A stretch of DNA of 28,409 bases from Clostridiaceae bacterium (GTDB taxonomy: Bacteria; Bacillota; Clostridia; Saccharofermentanales; DTU023): assembly GCA_012511185.1 (NCBI GenBank), contig JAAZGN010000043.1, positions 1-28,409 of the forward strand, written 5' to 3'. Positions within the stretch are counted from its first letter, which is position 1; each line of letters opens with the position of its first letter. Made by a program: the position numbers and the translations under genes. Below the pieces are notes generated by a model. That model had not been told where the DNA came from and made no database searches. It worked only from the letters and a program-made list of their open reading frames with translations. Of this stretch, positions 9,726 to 19,273 are shown in pieces.

Positions 9726-10160
9726 ATGGCGCGCTATACCCATACGGTCGACACAAAGGGACGGGTGATTGTCCCCGCCAAAGTCCGCGAGAAATTGGAC
9801 GGTGTTCTGATCGTGACCCAGGGGATCGACCAGGGCTATTTGGCCGCTTACACCCCGGAGCAGTTTGACGCCATCAAAGAACAAATACTCAACCATTCAA
9901 GCACCGGCTATGAAATCCGAAAGCTGAAGCGCGATGTGCTGGGCGCCTCGACCGTCTGCGAGTTTGACGGCCAGGGCCGCATGTCAATTCCCGGGTTTTT
10001 GTGGAAACACATCCAGGTCGAACCGGGTGAAGATGTATGCTTCATCGATGTGTTCGACAAGATAGAGATCTGCTCACAGGCCTTCTTCGACCGGATCAGC
10101 GGGAGCGAAGGATCCCTGGCAGAAATGGATCTATCCGGCTATGACATCCGCGGACTATGA
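9726..10160 (+). CDS. mraZ: Division/cell wall cluster transcriptional repressor MraZ
   Basis: Two SpoVT/AbrB-type repeats (HTVDTKGRVIVP and EFDGQGRMSIP), 144 aa, first gene of the dcw cluster. Confidence 0.95.
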   Translation: MARYTHTVDTKGRVIVPAKVREKLDGVLIVTQGIDQGYLAAYTPEQFDAIKEQILNHSSTGYEIRKLKRDVLGASTVCEFDGQGRMSIPGFLWKHIQVEPGEDVCFIDVFDKIEICSQAFFDRISGSEGSLAEMDLSGYDIRGL

Positions 10161-11121
10161 TGCCTGGCATTTGCCTGTCCTCGCCCAGGAGGCGGTGGAG
10201 GCTCTGGCCGTCAAGGCGGACGGTCTTTACATTGATTTGACAGCAGGCGGCGGCGGTCACAGCGCCCTGATCCTGGGGAAGCTGGGGGAGGGCGGACGCC
10301 TTTACGCCGCCGACCGGGACCGCGAGGCCTTGGAAGCCAGTGAAGCCAGGCTGGCCGGTGTCAAAACCAGGGGGACTTATCAGTTGATCGGTGCAACATT
10401 CACAGGATTTCCTTCATGGCTCGATCTTCGGGACAAGGGGCGGATCGACGGCCTGCTGGCCGATCTGGGTGTCAGTTCCCACCAATTTGACTGCGGCGAT
10501 CGCGGTTTTTCCTACCTGAAAAACGGGCCCCTTGACATTCGCATGAACCGGGAGCAGGGGGTGACAGCCGCCCAATTGCTTGAATCGCTTTCCCGGGAGG
10601 ACCTGGTTACCCTGTTGCGGATCTACGGTGAGGAAAGTCCGGCCGCTCCCATCGCGGCTGCCATCGTCCGGCGCAGGAAACAGAAGCCCATTACCGAAAC
10701 CCTGGATCTGGCGCAGATTATTGCCTCCGCCGTGCCGGCGCGCATGCGGCGCGAGGGCAATCCGGCCCGCAAAACATTCCAGGCCCTTCGCATGGCTGTC
10801 AATCATGAACAAGAGGAACTGGCCCATCTCCTTTCCGAAATTCCCGCCCTCATGGCGGACGGGGGCCGGGCAGTCCTGATCAGTTTCCATTCCCTTGAAG
10901 ACCGCATGGTCAAACAGGCCATGCGGACCTGGCAATCGCCCTGCCAATGCCCCCGTGATTTCCCCCAATGCATCTGCGGGAAAAAGCCCCTGGGCATCAA
11001 CCTGACCCCAAAACCGGTGATGGCCTCAGCCGGGGAGATGACAAGAAACCCCCGGTCAAGGAGCGCCAAGCTCCGCGCCTTTGAGTTTCACAAGGAAGTG
11101 TCCCATGAGTTACTACGATGA
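10141..11121 (+). CDS. rsmH: 16S rRNA m4C1402 methyltransferase
   Basis: HLPVL, DLTAGGGGHS, DLGVSSHQFD...RGFSY, FQALRMAVN, ISFHSLEDR and NPRSRSAKLR motifs. Confidence 0.97.
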   Translation: MTSADYDAWHLPVLAQEAVEALAVKADGLYIDLTAGGGGHSALILGKLGEGGRLYAADRDREALEASEARLAGVKTRGTYQLIGATFTGFPSWLDLRDKGRIDGLLADLGVSSHQFDCGDRGFSYLKNGPLDIRMNREQGVTAAQLLESLSREDLVTLLRIYGEESPAAPIAAAIVRRRKQKPITETLDLAQIIASAVPARMRREGNPARKTFQALRMAVNHEQEELAHLLSEIPALMADGGRAVLISFHSLEDRMVKQAMRTWQSPCQCPRDFPQCICGKKPLGINLTPKPVMASAGEMTRNPRSRSAKLRAFEFHKEVSHELLR

Positions 11122-11653
11122 CGGAAACCTGGCCAGGCAGCTCGCCGGCCCCGCCCCACGGCTTGATCCGCTCCCGCGGCCCCGTGATCTCGAGGCGGAA
11201 AAAAAGGCCAGGCAGGCCAAGCTGGTCCGGGAAGCCGCGATCCGAAAACAGTATAAGGTAGCAGGACGCGCCCATGCCAAGGCAGTGCTGCACCTCATAA
11301 CCGTTTTTGTCCTGGTGGGTTCAGTGGCGGGCTTCATCGTCTGGCGCAGCGCGAAAATAACCGAAATGAGTTTTGTCAACGCGGGCCTGAGCCGCCAGAT
11401 TGGCGAACTGGACAGGGAAAACAGTCTGCTCCAGGACAGGATCGCAAAAAAGGCATCACTTCAGACAACCCGGGAACAGGCCACGGAGCAGCTGGGTATG
11501 CAAAAGGCCACCTCCGAACAGATTCACTATGTTTCCTCCATCTACTTTCAGGCGGGGGATGATAAAAATGTCAGCTTGAAGCAGGGACGCCGCGAAGTCT
11601 TGGCAGACAATGAGTGGCTGGCCATGATTGAAGCGTGGGTCAAGGATCACTGA
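11105..11653 (+). CDS. ftsL: FtsL-like bitopic cell division protein
   Basis: Located between rsmH and the PBP. N-terminal YYDDGNLAR, one TM segment (VLHLITVFVLVGSVAGFIVW), a coiled-coil heptad region, then QLGM. ATG at 11105 follows AAGGAAG. Confidence 0.72.
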   Translation: MSYYDDGNLARQLAGPAPRLDPLPRPRDLEAEKKARQAKLVREAAIRKQYKVAGRAHAKAVLHLITVFVLVGSVAGFIVWRSAKITEMSFVNAGLSRQIGELDRENSLLQDRIAKKASLQTTREQATEQLGMQKATSEQIHYVSSIYFQAGDDKNVSLKQGRREVLADNEWLAMIEAWVKDH

Positions 11654-11699
11654 AGGGCGGACTGGCGGGGGCCGGGTCCCTCCCGGTCCGGGGTGAAGG

Positions 11700-14087
11700 A
11701 TGAGGAAGCGACATCAAGCAGTTTCAGCAGGGAAGCAAGCTGTAAGAAGCCGTTGGTTCTTTGAAGCCAAGACGGTCCTCATCGTCCTGGTCTTTTTTGT
11801 TGCGGCATCAGCAGTTCTGACCGGTTTTTACCGGTTGCAGATTACCGAAGGCGAAGTCCTGGCCGCCAAGGCAGCGGGACAGCAGTATGTGACCCAGCAG
11901 GAGCAGGCCAGCCGTGGCATGATCCTGGACAGGAACGGCTATCCGCTCGCTTTTTCCACCTACCTTTTCAGGATCGGGATTACGCCCGCTGATGTCTACA
12001 CCAAGGTCAAGGGGATTGACGAAGCCCTGATCACCGACAAGATGGGCGAATTTTTGGACCTGGACGACCAGGCTTGCGCGGAAAACCTTGAAATGATCAA
12101 GACGGACTGGGCTACAGGCTGGGCAGGGCTCGAGAAAAGCCTGTCCGGCCATCAGGCCCTGACCTATGTCACCATCGCCAGTGAAGTGCCGGAAGCCGAT
12201 GCCATGGCTCTCAAGGAATGGCTTGACGAAAACCAGGTGGGGGGGGTCCGCTTCGACGCGGAGGAGAGGCGGGTCTACAATAACGGCGTGCTGGGCTCTG
12301 CCGTCCTGGGCCTGACCAGGACGGACGACGGCCGGATCAAGGTTTTTTCGGGCCTGTAGGCGGCCTACGATGATCTCATGTCGGGTTAGGCGGGATACAC
12401 TTTCGCCAAGCGGAACAACTACTCGACAAGGGGGGTGACTCCTTTTTCCCGCACTGTCACCAGCCCTGCGCAACAGAGCCTTAACCTGGTTACCACCCTG
12501 GACATGGAGGTCATGTCCATCCTCCAGGAGGAGTTGATGTCAGTTGCCGCAGCGGCCGGGCTTATCGCCGGTGTCAACGGCCTGGTCATGGATGTGAAAA
12601 CAGGCGATGTCCTGGCCATGGAACAGCTGGCTCCCTTTGACCTCTCCCAGCCGGACGCTGTTCCGCTGGGCTTTTCCCAGGCGTCATGGGACAAGCTGGA
12701 GGCTGAGGAGAAGACTGCCTATCTTTCGTCCAATCTTTGGAACAACATCAACATTACCGATTTCTACGAACCGGGATCGGTCTTCAAGGCCGTCACCCTG
12801 GCCGTTGCCCTGGAGGAGGGGGTAGCCTGGGAAGAGACCGTCTTCAGCGACAACCCCTTTGAAATCCAGGGTGAATCGATTACCTGCCATACCGGTTACG
12901 GCCACGGTGAGGAGACCTTGCGCGAAGCCTTTTACAGGTCTTGCAACCCGGTCTTCGTCCAGCTGGGCAACCGGATCGGCAAAGACCTATACTACGAGTG
13001 GATGCGCCGTCTGGGCCTCTACGACAAAACAGGAATCGATCTGCCCATGGAGGCATCGGGCTATTTACACACCGACCCCATGGCCATCGACTTCGCCAAC
13101 CTGACCTTCGGCGAGTCATCCTCCACCACAGCCATCCAGCTGGCCCAGCTCTTTGCCGCTATAGGAAATGGCGGCTATATGGTCACACCCCGCCTGGGGG
13201 CAGCGTCCACAGAGGAAGGCCTGGAAACCATGGTTCCCTTTGCACTGGAGCAAGGAAGCCGGATCCTGTCTGAGGAGACCTGTTTGCGCGTCCGGTCCCT
13301 GATGACCGATGTGGTGACCCGGGGGACGGCGGCCGGGACCTTCGGGGCCATGGGTTTAACCCTGGGCGGCAAGACCGGAACAGCGGTCGATTCCAGTGAT
13401 AACCGGCGCACTTTTTCCTTTGTCGGCCTGGCACCCTGCGATGATCCGCAGTACGTTGTTCTGGTGTCCGTACACAAGCCGGAGACAACCGATTCCCTGG
13501 GCTCTGCAGCCGCCAGGGCAGCCACGCGCGTTGCAGCCAGGATCCTCAACCGGGACGGGGTAAGCCAAAGCTATTCCGCAGCCCAGCTCGCCGTGCTGGG
13601 CAAAGCAGTCGAGATTCCTGATCTGAGCGGCATGACGGTGGGGGAGGCTTCTTTGACCCTGTCGAAACTGCAGTTGGCCCCCCGGTTGCCGGTCGACAGC
13701 TTTTACCCGCAAAGCAGGTTGTCGCGAACGGAACCGGCCGCCGGTTCCCTGGTGGGAATCGGAACGACCGTATGGCTTTACCCTGAGGGTGAAAATGAAG
13801 TAAAATGGGTAGCTGTGCCGGACTTTCGCGGACGCAACTACCACGAAAGCGTCTGGCTGGCCGCCGAATACGGTGTGTCAATCCTTGCCGCGGGACCTCC
13901 TGGCGGGCAGGTTGCGGAACAGAGCATTCCGGCGACGTCTGTCCAGGCACCCGTCCCTTGCACCGACGAAACCGGTTCGCCCTGCGACCCTGAAGGGAAA
14001 GGGGACGCGACAGAAGGGAAGGTGGGAAAGGGAACGGTTATCACTCTCGTTTTCTCACCGGCAGCCCTTGCGGATGGCGGCAACTAA
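11700..14087 (+). pseudogene. ftsI: Class B penicillin-binding protein (FtsI/PBP2B/SpoVD-like, two PASTA domains), one reading frame broken by TAG at 12357-12359 and 12387-12389; could instead be recoded or a sequence error
   Basis: ORFs 11700-12359 and 12435-14087 are in the same frame. The joined product has a TM anchor, RGMILDRNG, RRVY, SGL*AAYDDLMSG*AG (GLE..YD..L.G..G motif), SVFK, SCN, KTG and two PASTA-like repeats (VEIPDLSGMT, VAVPDFRGRN). Identity is high confidence; pseudogene status is uncertain. Confidence 0.6.
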
Positions 14088-14104
14088 AACTTGAAAGACG
14101 CGCG

Positions 14105-15595
14105 ATGATGACACGATTTTTACCCATGCAACTGAAGCACTGGAGCGGTGGTGAACTTTGGCAGACCCATAAGCACACCGCCGATTCGGAGCGTTTTTAT
14201 ACCTCCGTCTCAACCGATACCCGGACCCTGCAAGCCGGTGAGGTTTTTGTTCCCCTGCGGGGAGAGCTCTACGATGGCCATCATTTCCTGGCCGTGGCAG
14301 CGGAAAAGGGTGCCGGCATGCTGGTGATTGAGCGCCGGGCCCCCCAGCTTGAAGCCTACCTCGACCGCATCCGGACGGACGAAGATGCGCCGGACCTTCT
14401 GATCGTTGAGGATTCAGGCACCGCCTACCGCGACATCGCCAGGGGCTTTCGCACCACCCTGACGGCCAGTGTCATCGGGGTGACGGGGAGCGTCGGCAAG
14501 ACGACAACCCGCCGGATGATCTACGAGATGATCAAGTCTCAGATCAAGGCGGAGCAATCGGTAAAGAACTTCAACAACCAAGTAGGCCTGCCCCGTACCA
14601 TTTTGTCGACGGAACTGGACACCCAGGCCCTGGTCGCGGAACTGGGCATGTCGCGCCGCGGCGAGATCGGCATCCTGTCCGGGATCTCCGTACCGGATAT
14701 CGCCATCATCACCCAGATCGGCATGTCACACGCCGAATCGCTGGGTTCCATGACGGATATCCTGGATGAAAAGACCTCCATTGCAGCAGGCATGAAAGAA
14801 AATGGCCTTTTAATTCTCAACGGTGACGACCCCCTGCTGGAAGGCTGGGTCATGCGCGAACGCCCGCCGGTGCCGGTCTGGTATGTCGCCAGCGAGCAAA
14901 ACGCCGGCAGGTTGGAGCGTAACGGCATTCCTGTTTTTTGGGCCGAACATGTCCGCCTGGACCGGGCAGGTGTATCCTTCACCGGCCGATCCAACCTGAC
15001 GCCCGATGAGAGGTGGCCCGTTTATCTCAAGGTTCCCGTCATGCATCTGATCCCGGCCGCGCTCTTCGGGCTTGCGGTCGCTTACGCCATGGGCCTCAAC
15101 ATGCAGGAGGCAGCTGCCTCGGCCCGGCGCTTCACAACGGCCGACAGCAGACAGGAGCTGATCCGTGTCGGCGCCATCGATGTCATGGACGATTCCTATA
15201 ATGCCTCTCCCGAATCGCTTCATTCGGCCTTGGAGACCGCTTCTTTCCTGGCAGAGGATAAGAGACGCTTTGTCACAGTCCTGGGCGGATTAAGAGAGCT
15301 TGGCCGCTATTCCGCCGAAGTACACGAGAATGCCGCCGCTGAATTACTGGACGCCGGGGTTGACCGGGTTTTCCTGGTGGGCGAGGAGACGGTCCGGACC
15401 CGCGATCAGCTCCTGGGGGACAGCCGGGCTGCCACCATGGTGGCCGGCTGGTATGAAACAAGCCAGGATGCCATTCCTGCCGTAATGTCGGAACTTAAGC
15501 CGGGTGATTTCCTCTTGCTCAAGGCCTCGCGCTTTTATGAACTCGAGAAAATTGGTGAAGCGCTCCAGAACACCCAAGGGGTGGGGGAGGACTAG
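14105..15595 (+). CDS. murF: UDP-N-acetylmuramoyl-tripeptide--D-Ala-D-Ala ligase
   Basis: STDTRT, GVTGSVGKTTT, NFNNQVGLP, ELGMSRRGEI, DDSYNASPES and KASR motifs. Confidence 0.95.
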   Translation: MMTRFLPMQLKHWSGGELWQTHKHTADSERFYTSVSTDTRTLQAGEVFVPLRGELYDGHHFLAVAAEKGAGMLVIERRAPQLEAYLDRIRTDEDAPDLLIVEDSGTAYRDIARGFRTTLTASVIGVTGSVGKTTTRRMIYEMIKSQIKAEQSVKNFNNQVGLPRTILSTELDTQALVAELGMSRRGEIGILSGISVPDIAIITQIGMSHAESLGSMTDILDEKTSIAAGMKENGLLILNGDDPLLEGWVMRERPPVPVWYVASEQNAGRLERNGIPVFWAEHVRLDRAGVSFTGRSNLTPDERWPVYLKVPVMHLIPAALFGLAVAYAMGLNMQEAAASARRFTTADSRQELIRVGAIDVMDDSYNASPESLHSALETASFLAEDKRRFVTVLGGLRELGRYSAEVHENAAAELLDAGVDRVFLVGEETVRTRDQLLGDSRAATMVAGWYETSQDAIPAVMSELKPGDFLLLKASRFYELEKIGEALQNTQGVGED

Positions 15596-15597
15596 CC

Positions 15598-16626
15598 ATG
15601 TTTCCCAAGGAAGCCCTTTTCAGCTCCCTTTACGCCGCACTTGCCGTCTTCGCCGGAACGGTTTTGGCGGGCTTGGCGGGCATTCCTGTCATCCGGAAGA
15701 GAACCGCCGCCCAGCCGATCCGCGACAACGGCCCGCAGTCACACAAGGCAAAAAGCGGGACACCGACTTTCGGCGGTCTCTTTTTCCTTTTACCCCTCCT
15801 GGTCCTGGCGGCAGCCCTGCCCCGGATTGACAAGTCCTTTCACCCCTTGTCTGTCATCGTCTTTTTCATGGCTGTCTTTGGAGCCATTGGCTTCGCCGAC
15901 GATTATGTCAAGGTCAAGATCAGGCGCAAGGGCTTGAGCGTCAAGCAAAAGACCATCCTGATCGGCCTGGCCTCCCTGGCAGCTGCCATCTATTTCCTCT
16001 GGCTGTCGCCTGTCCCGCCCTTTATCATGATGCCCCTGTCAGCCCGGCTGGTTGAAGTCACGGGCGCCTGGAAAATTCTCTATCTTCTTGTCCTGGTGCC
16101 TTTTCTCTTTTACATGAGCAATTCCGTCAATATCACCGATGGCTTGGACGGCCTGCTCTCCAGCCTGATGGCCATCGCGTCCCTGGGCATATTTGCGGTC
16201 ACAGGCCTCCTGTACGCCTTCCTGCCCCATGCCCTGGCCTTCATGGCCCTGACCGCGGCCATAGCCGCGGGCTGTCTTGGCTTTCTTCTCTTCAACCGCT
16301 ATCCTGCCAAAATCTTTATGGGCGACACGGGATCCCAGGCCCTGGGCATCGGCTTCAGCCTGCTGACCGTCATGGCAGGCGTGCCCTACCTGGCCCTGAT
16401 CACCGGTTTCGTTTTCTTTTTCGAGGGCTTTTCGGTGGTCCTCCAAGTGGCTTATTTCAAGTCGACAGGCGGCAGGCGGATCTTTCGCATGTCGCCCCTC
16501 CATCACCATTTCGAATTGGGCGGCTGGCCCGAGACAAAGGTTGTCTTTGTCTTCAGTCTTGCCGGCCTGTTCTGTGCTCTAGCCGGTTTCCTGGTCATGT
16601 CAGGACCACTATTCAAGGGAGGCTAG
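15598..16626 (+). CDS. mraY: Phospho-N-acetylmuramoyl-pentapeptide transferase
   Basis: KSGTPTFGG, FADDY, NSVNITDGLDGL, PAKIFMGDTGS and RMSPLHHHFEL motifs. Confidence 0.97.
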   Translation: MFPKEALFSSLYAALAVFAGTVLAGLAGIPVIRKRTAAQPIRDNGPQSHKAKSGTPTFGGLFFLLPLLVLAAALPRIDKSFHPLSVIVFFMAVFGAIGFADDYVKVKIRRKGLSVKQKTILIGLASLAAAIYFLWLSPVPPFIMMPLSARLVEVTGAWKILYLLVLVPFLFYMSNSVNITDGLDGLLSSLMAIASLGIFAVTGLLYAFLPHALAFMALTAAIAAGCLGFLLFNRYPAKIFMGDTGSQALGIGFSLLTVMAGVPYLALITGFVFFFEGFSVVLQVAYFKSTGGRRIFRMSPLHHHFELGGWPETKVVFVFSLAGLFCALAGFLVMSGPLFKGG

Positions 16627-16628
16627 CC

Positions 16629-18077
16629 ATGTCAGGGCGGGTGGGCAGATTGCAAACAGGAGACGGGCGCGCGCTTATGAGCAGCCGCCGCATTTCCGCC
16701 TCCCACCGCCACATGTCCATGGCCTATCTGCTTGTCTGGCTGATCCTCATCTGTTACGGCCTCCTCATGATGTTCAGCGCCAGTTATGGGATCAGCTTTA
16801 TACAGTCAAGCAGCGGGATGAAAAACCAGGCAGCGGGTACAAGTGAATCTCTTCCCGTCCGCGCCGTCCTGGAAGCTGACGCCACTGCCATGGCCCGCAA
16901 GCAGATCCTGCTGACCATGGCCGGCGCAAGCCTTGCCATCATGCTGGGTTCCCTGATACCATTTCGTCAGCTGACCCGGCCCGCTTTCCGCTATATCCTT
17001 TACGGCGTGGTGACGGCCAGCCTGTTCTACTGCAGAAAGGGAGGCATGGTCATCAACGGGGCACGGCGCTGGGTCGACCTGGGCTTTATCAGTTTCCAAC
17101 CGTCCGAACTGGCCAAGATAGGGGCGGTGTTTTTTCTAGCCGGCTATTTTTCCCGCCGCCAAAAAGTGCGGCGGCAGGAGAAAATGAAGGCCGGCCGGGG
17201 GAAACCGGGGGTGTCCCTGTCGAGGCAAGCCTTCCTGGACGTCACCTGGCCAGCGCTCCTGATCAGCGTATGGATTATCCTGACCTTGATCCAGCCCCAC
17301 CTGTCGGGCGCCCTGATCATCAGCCTGATCAGCCTGATTGTCTTCTTCCTGGCGGACATCCCGCTCAAATCGCGTCTGACAGGATTCTTTCAACTCCTCG
17401 CTCTCCTGGTCGTTGTTGCACTTGTACTGGGCTTCGCTTATCAGGTCATTACCAAGCAGTCCGCCGTCGAATATGTCAACGAGCGGTTTGCCCATGCCTT
17501 CAAACGGGTCGGAACCTTTCGTGACCGCGACGGGGCCAGTCAGGATGACCGCATGCAGATCGAACAGGCGGAACTGGCGCTGGGCTCGGGAGGACTGACG
17601 GGCAAGGGTCTGGGCAGAAGTGTGCAGAAGCTCAACTGGCTGTCCGAGGCACACAATGATTTCATTCTGCCCGTGATCGGTGAGGAACTGGGCTTTATCG
17701 GGGTGGTGAGTGTCATAGTCCTCTTCCTGTCCTTTCTGCTGTTTGGAATTCTGATCGCCCGGAAGGCTTCGTCCCACATGGCCATGCTGGTCGCCGCGGG
17801 CAACACCATCCTGATCACCGTCCAGGCCTTCCTCAATATGGCCGTGTCCGTGAGCCTGATTCCGACAACCGGAATTTCCCTGCCCTTCTTCAGCTACGGC
17901 GGGACTGCCAATTTCTTTTTCGCCCTGGCATCAGGCCTGGTGCTGTGCGTATCCAAATCGGCCGTGCGCATTGATCCTGATGTGGAGCGGATCGTCGTGA
18001 AAGTCAAGCCGGCGGCCAGGAAAACCAAGGAAAATGATACGCTTGATGAAGGCGACGGTATGGGTTACGCTGTATAG
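16629..18077 (+). CDS. ftsW: SEDS family glycosyltransferase FtsW/SpoVE
   Basis: GARRW...FQPSELAK, QPHLS, LSEAHNDFI, GEELGFIG and GISLPFFSYGG motifs; lies between mraY and murG. Confidence 0.92.
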   Translation: MSGRVGRLQTGDGRALMSSRRISASHRHMSMAYLLVWLILICYGLLMMFSASYGISFIQSSSGMKNQAAGTSESLPVRAVLEADATAMARKQILLTMAGASLAIMLGSLIPFRQLTRPAFRYILYGVVTASLFYCRKGGMVINGARRWVDLGFISFQPSELAKIGAVFFLAGYFSRRQKVRRQEKMKAGRGKPGVSLSRQAFLDVTWPALLISVWIILTLIQPHLSGALIISLISLIVFFLADIPLKSRLTGFFQLLALLVVVALVLGFAYQVITKQSAVEYVNERFAHAFKRVGTFRDRDGASQDDRMQIEQAELALGSGGLTGKGLGRSVQKLNWLSEAHNDFILPVIGEELGFIGVVSVIVLFLSFLLFGILIARKASSHMAMLVAAGNTILITVQAFLNMAVSVSLIPTTGISLPFFSYGGTANFFFALASGLVLCVSKSAVRIDPDVERIVVKVKPAARKTKENDTLDEGDGMGYAV

Positions 18078-18121
18078 GTGTATACACAAAGAGACGGACG
18101 GATGGCTGGCCTGAGACCGAA

Positions 18122-19273
18122 ATGAACCCAAAAGAGCGCTCCCAAACCATCATTATTGCAGCAGGTGGCACAAGCGGCCACATTTATCCCGCCTTTGCCA
18201 TTGCCGCAGGGATCCAGAGGATTTTACCCGCCGTCCGTTTTATTTTCTGCGGCGCCCCGGGCGGCCTGGAGCAAATCATGGTCGAATCGGAGGGCTATAA
18301 TTTTCACCCCATACCCGCTCAAAACATGCCCAACCGCAGGAACAGACGTTATTTCAGTTGGGCCTGGACCAATATCAGGGGCATGCTCAAGAGCCGGGCC
18401 TTGTTAAAAGCACAGATCCCTCAGCTTGTGATCGGGACGGGTGGCTTTGTTTCAGCCCCCTTGATCGCTGCCGCGCGATGCATGGGGGTTCCCTACTTTT
18501 TGCACGAGCAAAACGCCGTGCCCGGCAGGGCCAACCGCCTCTTCGCCCGCCGTGCCCGGGCCGTTTTCATCAGTTACGAGTCGAGCCGGTCCTGCTTTGC
18601 CCGGGGGGGACACATCGTCTTCAGCGGGAATCCGGTCCGGCCCCTCTTCTTCGAGCTTGACCGGGCCAGGGCCAGGGAAGCCCTGGACATTGCGGACGAC
18701 GTCTTTCTTGTCATGGTGATGGGTGGCAGTCTGGGCTCCAGGACCATCAACACGGCTCTTGCCCGTATGGATGACGCGGGCGGTTGGACGGCGCTGCTGG
18801 ACAAGTACCCTCAGCTGCGGCTGGCTGTCAGCACGGGCGTCCAGAGCCCGGTCGGTTACCCCGAGGAAATCGCGGCTCTGCCAGGGGTTCTGACTGCGGA
18901 GCCCTTCCTGCATGACGCCCCTTATTGGATTGCCGCCTGTGATCTTTTTATCGGCCGTGCCGGCGCCATGACCTGCGCGGAGATTGCCTCCCAAGGCAAA
19001 CCTTCGGTCCTCATTCCCTTTCTGCACGCGGTCGATGACCACCAGACGGAAAATGCCCGGGCCATGGAAGAAGTGGGTGCTTCGCTCGTTTTCAGCGACG
19101 GGGACTTCAACAGCCAACAGCTGCTGGAAACTCTGGACAGACTGATCGCCCAACCCGACCTGCTCGCAGCCATGAGTAAAAGTGCCCGCCGCTGGGCAAC
19201 GCCTGATGCGGCCGGTACCATCGCTGAAATGGTCGCAGCGGTGCTCGAAAATGATGAAACGGTCAAGTCCTAA
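18122..19273 (+). CDS. murG: Undecaprenyl-PP-MurNAc-pentapeptide GlcNAc transferase
   Basis: GGTSGHIYPA, HEQNAVPGRAN, GNPVR, GGSLGS, GRAGAMT and DHQTENA motifs. Confidence 0.96.
   Translation: MNPKERSQTIIIAAGGTSGHIYPAFAIAAGIQRILPAVRFIFCGAPGGLEQIMVESEGYNFHPIPAQNMPNRRNRRYFSWAWTNIRGMLKSRALLKAQIPQLVIGTGGFVSAPLIAAARCMGVPYFLHEQNAVPGRANRLFARRARAVFISYESSRSCFARGGHIVFSGNPVRPLFFELDRARAREALDIADDVFLVMVMGGSLGSRTINTALARMDDAGGWTALLDKYPQLRLAVSTGVQSPVGYPEEIAALPGVLTAEPFLHDAPYWIAACDLFIGRAGAMTCAEIASQGKPSVLIPFLHAVDDHQTENARAMEEVGASLVFSDGDFNSQQLLETLDRLIAQPDLLAAMSKSARRWATPDAAGTIAEMVAAVLENDETVKS

Noticed and set aside
12357-12393. Systematic base-calling error at the motif GAGGCGG as the cause of both TAGs
   Set aside because: GAGGCGG is read intact in frame elsewhere (near 928, 2656 and 4054), so the motif alone is not sufficient. 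A local low-quality patch remains possible.
12435-14087. Treating the PBP as two genuine genes (anchor subunit plus catalytic subunit)
   Set aside because: The 3' ORF has no signal or TM segment and the break falls inside a conserved motif.
17322-17327. FtsW QPHLS in place of the QPDLG motif
   Set aside because: A common variant in Bacillota FtsW/SpoVE, and the catalytic Asp in HNDF is intact. Coordinates mark the approximate region only.
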